A DNA stretch of 61,338 nt, the filler included, from Rhizaria sp. SCN 62-66 (taxonomy: Eukaryota): assembly GCA_001724265.1 (NCBI GenBank). It is 3 parts of 3 records of this genome, joined end to end, with 100 filler letters (N's around TTAATTAATTAA, not from the genome) between each part and the next. Parts side by side here need not be neighbours in the genome. Positions count along the whole stretch, not along the records: positions 41,186 to 61,338 come from MEDY01000458.1; 2 more parts are not named here. One strand, given 5' to 3'. Below are positions 59,301 to 61,338 of this stretch, piece by piece (position 1 is the first letter of the stretch; each line of letters begins with the position of its first letter). The notes under the pieces are model-generated. The model did not search any database. It was not told where the DNA came from and saw only the letters and a list, made by a program, of their open reading frames with translations. The translations under genes and the position numbers were made by a program.

Positions 59301-60263
59301 GAGAGCGTCGATCGCAGCCGCGTTGGCGTCGATATCACCGGGGTTACTAAGATAGCTGTTGTTCATGTTCGTGTTGTAGCCATTGTCGTCTACGGAGGTG
59401 TTGGACGGAAGCATGACAGCGAACGCACGGATTGCAGCCTCACTCAGCGCTGCTTCCTCTGCCTTGGCTGCTGCAGCCTCAGCATCAGCTTCTGCATCAA
59501 CCTCTGCGTCAACATCGCCCTCAGCCCCAGTCGTCACGGTCGCGTTCGCACTCCTCGCCGCGTGTTCAACACTTGCGTTCGCGCCAGCGGCGCTGACACT
59601 GCTCGAATGTGCGCTCATCGGGCGACCCATGACCGACTCGAACAAGGCGTCGATGTCGTTCTCAGCGCCAATCACAGCATCAGAAACAACACCAGAATGT
59701 GGGTCAGAGTCCCTATTCTGCTGCCATGGTTGTTGCTCTTGCTGCCGGATCGCTTGCGACGCGGAGCCAGTGCTGTGTGCGCCGAGCACGTCCCGCGGCG
59801 CCTGCAGCAGCGCGAGCCGCCGGTCGGCCTCAGCTCCGAGCCAGGACGACAGCGCCGCCGCGGAGAACAGACCCCAGGCGTCGGCACCGCTGCGGTCGCT
59901 GTCGTTGTCGCTGACAGGATCAGCGTCGCTGGCTGCGGTGGCTGATCTCGCGACGTCGTCGAACAGCTGCTGCTGGTGGTGTTGGCGGAACTGCTGGTGG
60001 TGTTGCGGGGGTGCAAACGGGGCAAAAGATTGCTTACCGCCAGTGCGGCCCAGGTTGTTGGTGCGCTGCCGGGTCTCGAGGCCAGCGTCGTCATCGTTGT
60101 CGGCCACAGGGGGAGCTGACAACGATGATGGCGAAGACGAAGATGACGAGGAAGTGGGATCCGTGAGCAGTGCTTCCAGATCAAGAGCGGATGCGTGCGA
60201 CACAGTGTAGGGGCGCTGAGGACCAACGGAAACGCCGGGTACATAATGCGGTTGTGAAGACAT
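56397..60263 (-). CDS. Uncharacterised protein with a disordered N-terminus and C-terminal coiled coils, ~1227 aa
   Basis: Exons 60263-57420 and 57236-56397 (TAA), phase-0 GTACGT...CAG intron; long heptad-rich Ala/Arg/Glu segments. Confidence 0.7.
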
Positions 60264-60905
60264 TAATGAACAGTCGCAAGCAGACACTGCTGCGGGCGGG
60301 GAGAGAGGTGATAGGGGACCTGGCGCGAAGACGCTCGACTACAAGGCGAAAGTTGGGATAGAGTTGCGAGATATGTTTGTGAGAGAACAGCCACAATAGA
60401 ACGTATATATTATTAATAGTGTTCGTTATTATATCTTAACAAATTTTGATTTGACGATGGGTTAAATGAGATATAGCACGTGAAAGATTGGCCGTCTTTT
60501 GAATTTTCGAGAGACCCCCCCCATCTCGCGCCACCAGCGATGATCACGCAGCTACAGGGTACTTAAGTATAGTTACAAACTTCAAGACACACCACGTTGA
60601 TTCACCAGATTTGAAGAGGAGAGCGCATACGTTGTGTTGGAAAATAGGATGATGTATCTATTTTTGATATTTCTTTCGTGATCGTATGATATTTCAAGTG
60701 AGTTGTCCCGTTGTGCCACGAAAAATTACGAGGAAAAAATGAACTTGTAAAAAGACAAGTTTCTAAAACAAAAAAAAGAAGAAGAAAAGATTGGATTGCA
60801 CAGATCAAAAGTAATCTGAACACATATTCAATAAGTTATAAACGGAAACAATGCATCATAACAAGGGATATTCACAAAGAATACGTTTGCAAGAGCACTC
60901 TGCTC

Positions 60906-61338
60906 TTATTCATCGTGGCGGTGGTACTCCGGCTTGATGTGGCTTGGCAGCGGCATCGGCACCCGCAGCGACGACTGCGCACTTGCGGTGTTGCTCGCAG
61001 CGCCCTCGTTGCCGTTGCTAACGGAAACCGACGCCTCGCGTTGTTGGTGAGCGAGCGCGGAGCGCGTGCCCATCACGGGCACGCCGCCGCTGGGCGCGGG
61101 CAGCGCCGGCACGGCCGGCGCGTAGCCCAAAGGCAGCGTCTTAGTCTCGCCCGCACTCCCGCTGCCGCTGCTCGCAGTCGCAGTCGTGTGCAGTGCGGAG
61201 AGCGGTGGCGGGGGCACAGCAAGGCGCGCCGCATGCGACTGCGACTGAGGCTGGGGCGGGGGAGGCGGCGGGGCCACGAAAGCAGGAGGCAGCGGCGGCG
61301 GTGCCGTGGGCGCGGCAACAGTGCCATACTGGGGGGCG
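60906..61338 (-). CDS. 3' end of an uncharacterised Pro-rich protein, partial
   Basis: GC-rich frame open to the window edge, ending …HIKPEYHRHDE-TAA and followed by AT-rich 3' sequence. Confidence 0.6.
   Translation of the reverse strand, partial: APQYGTVAAPTAPPPLPPAFVAPPPPPPQPQSQSHAARLAVPPPPLSALHTTATASSGSGSAGETKTLPLGYAPAVPALPAPSGGVPVMGTRSALAHQQREASVSVSNGNEGAASNTASAQSSLRVPMPLPSHIKPEYHRHDE

Overview
Gene-dense nuclear DNA of a eukaryotic microbe, probably a flagellated protist given the NME7 gene. Exons are GC-rich and spliceosomal introns are short, AT-rich and mostly start GTACG. The window is three ~20 kb contigs joined by artificial 100-nt spacers (N44-TTAATTAATTAA-N44), so adjacency across 20564-20663 and 41086-41185 is not biological. 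I built 18 gene models by hand: RPL12, CCDC22, a BRCA1-like RING+2xBRCT gene, PFDN2, a TrmA/RlmD-type methyltransferase, PPP2R3C, an alpha/beta hydrolase, PDCD5, NME7, insulysin, a B-box/coiled-coil/cyclophilin-like gene, Sec5, a C2-domain membrane protein, NudC, CDK7-like, and three uncharacterised genes. Main observations: (1) two genes carry an in-frame TAG in the same C-TAG-TC context, while none of 16 gene ends uses TAG, suggesting UAG recoding or reassignment; (2) many start codons sit directly behind a 3' splice acceptor with no consensus donor upstream, suggesting spliced-leader trans-splicing; (3) a TRIMCyp-like domain architecture; (4) a GUG-initiated mitochondrial presequence on insulysin; (5) a recurrent TTTTTCGCGAACCG element in divergent promoters; (6) very large in-frame low-complexity inserts inside conserved domains, one with exitron-like splice signals. 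All family calls come from motif recognition by eye; no database search was run.
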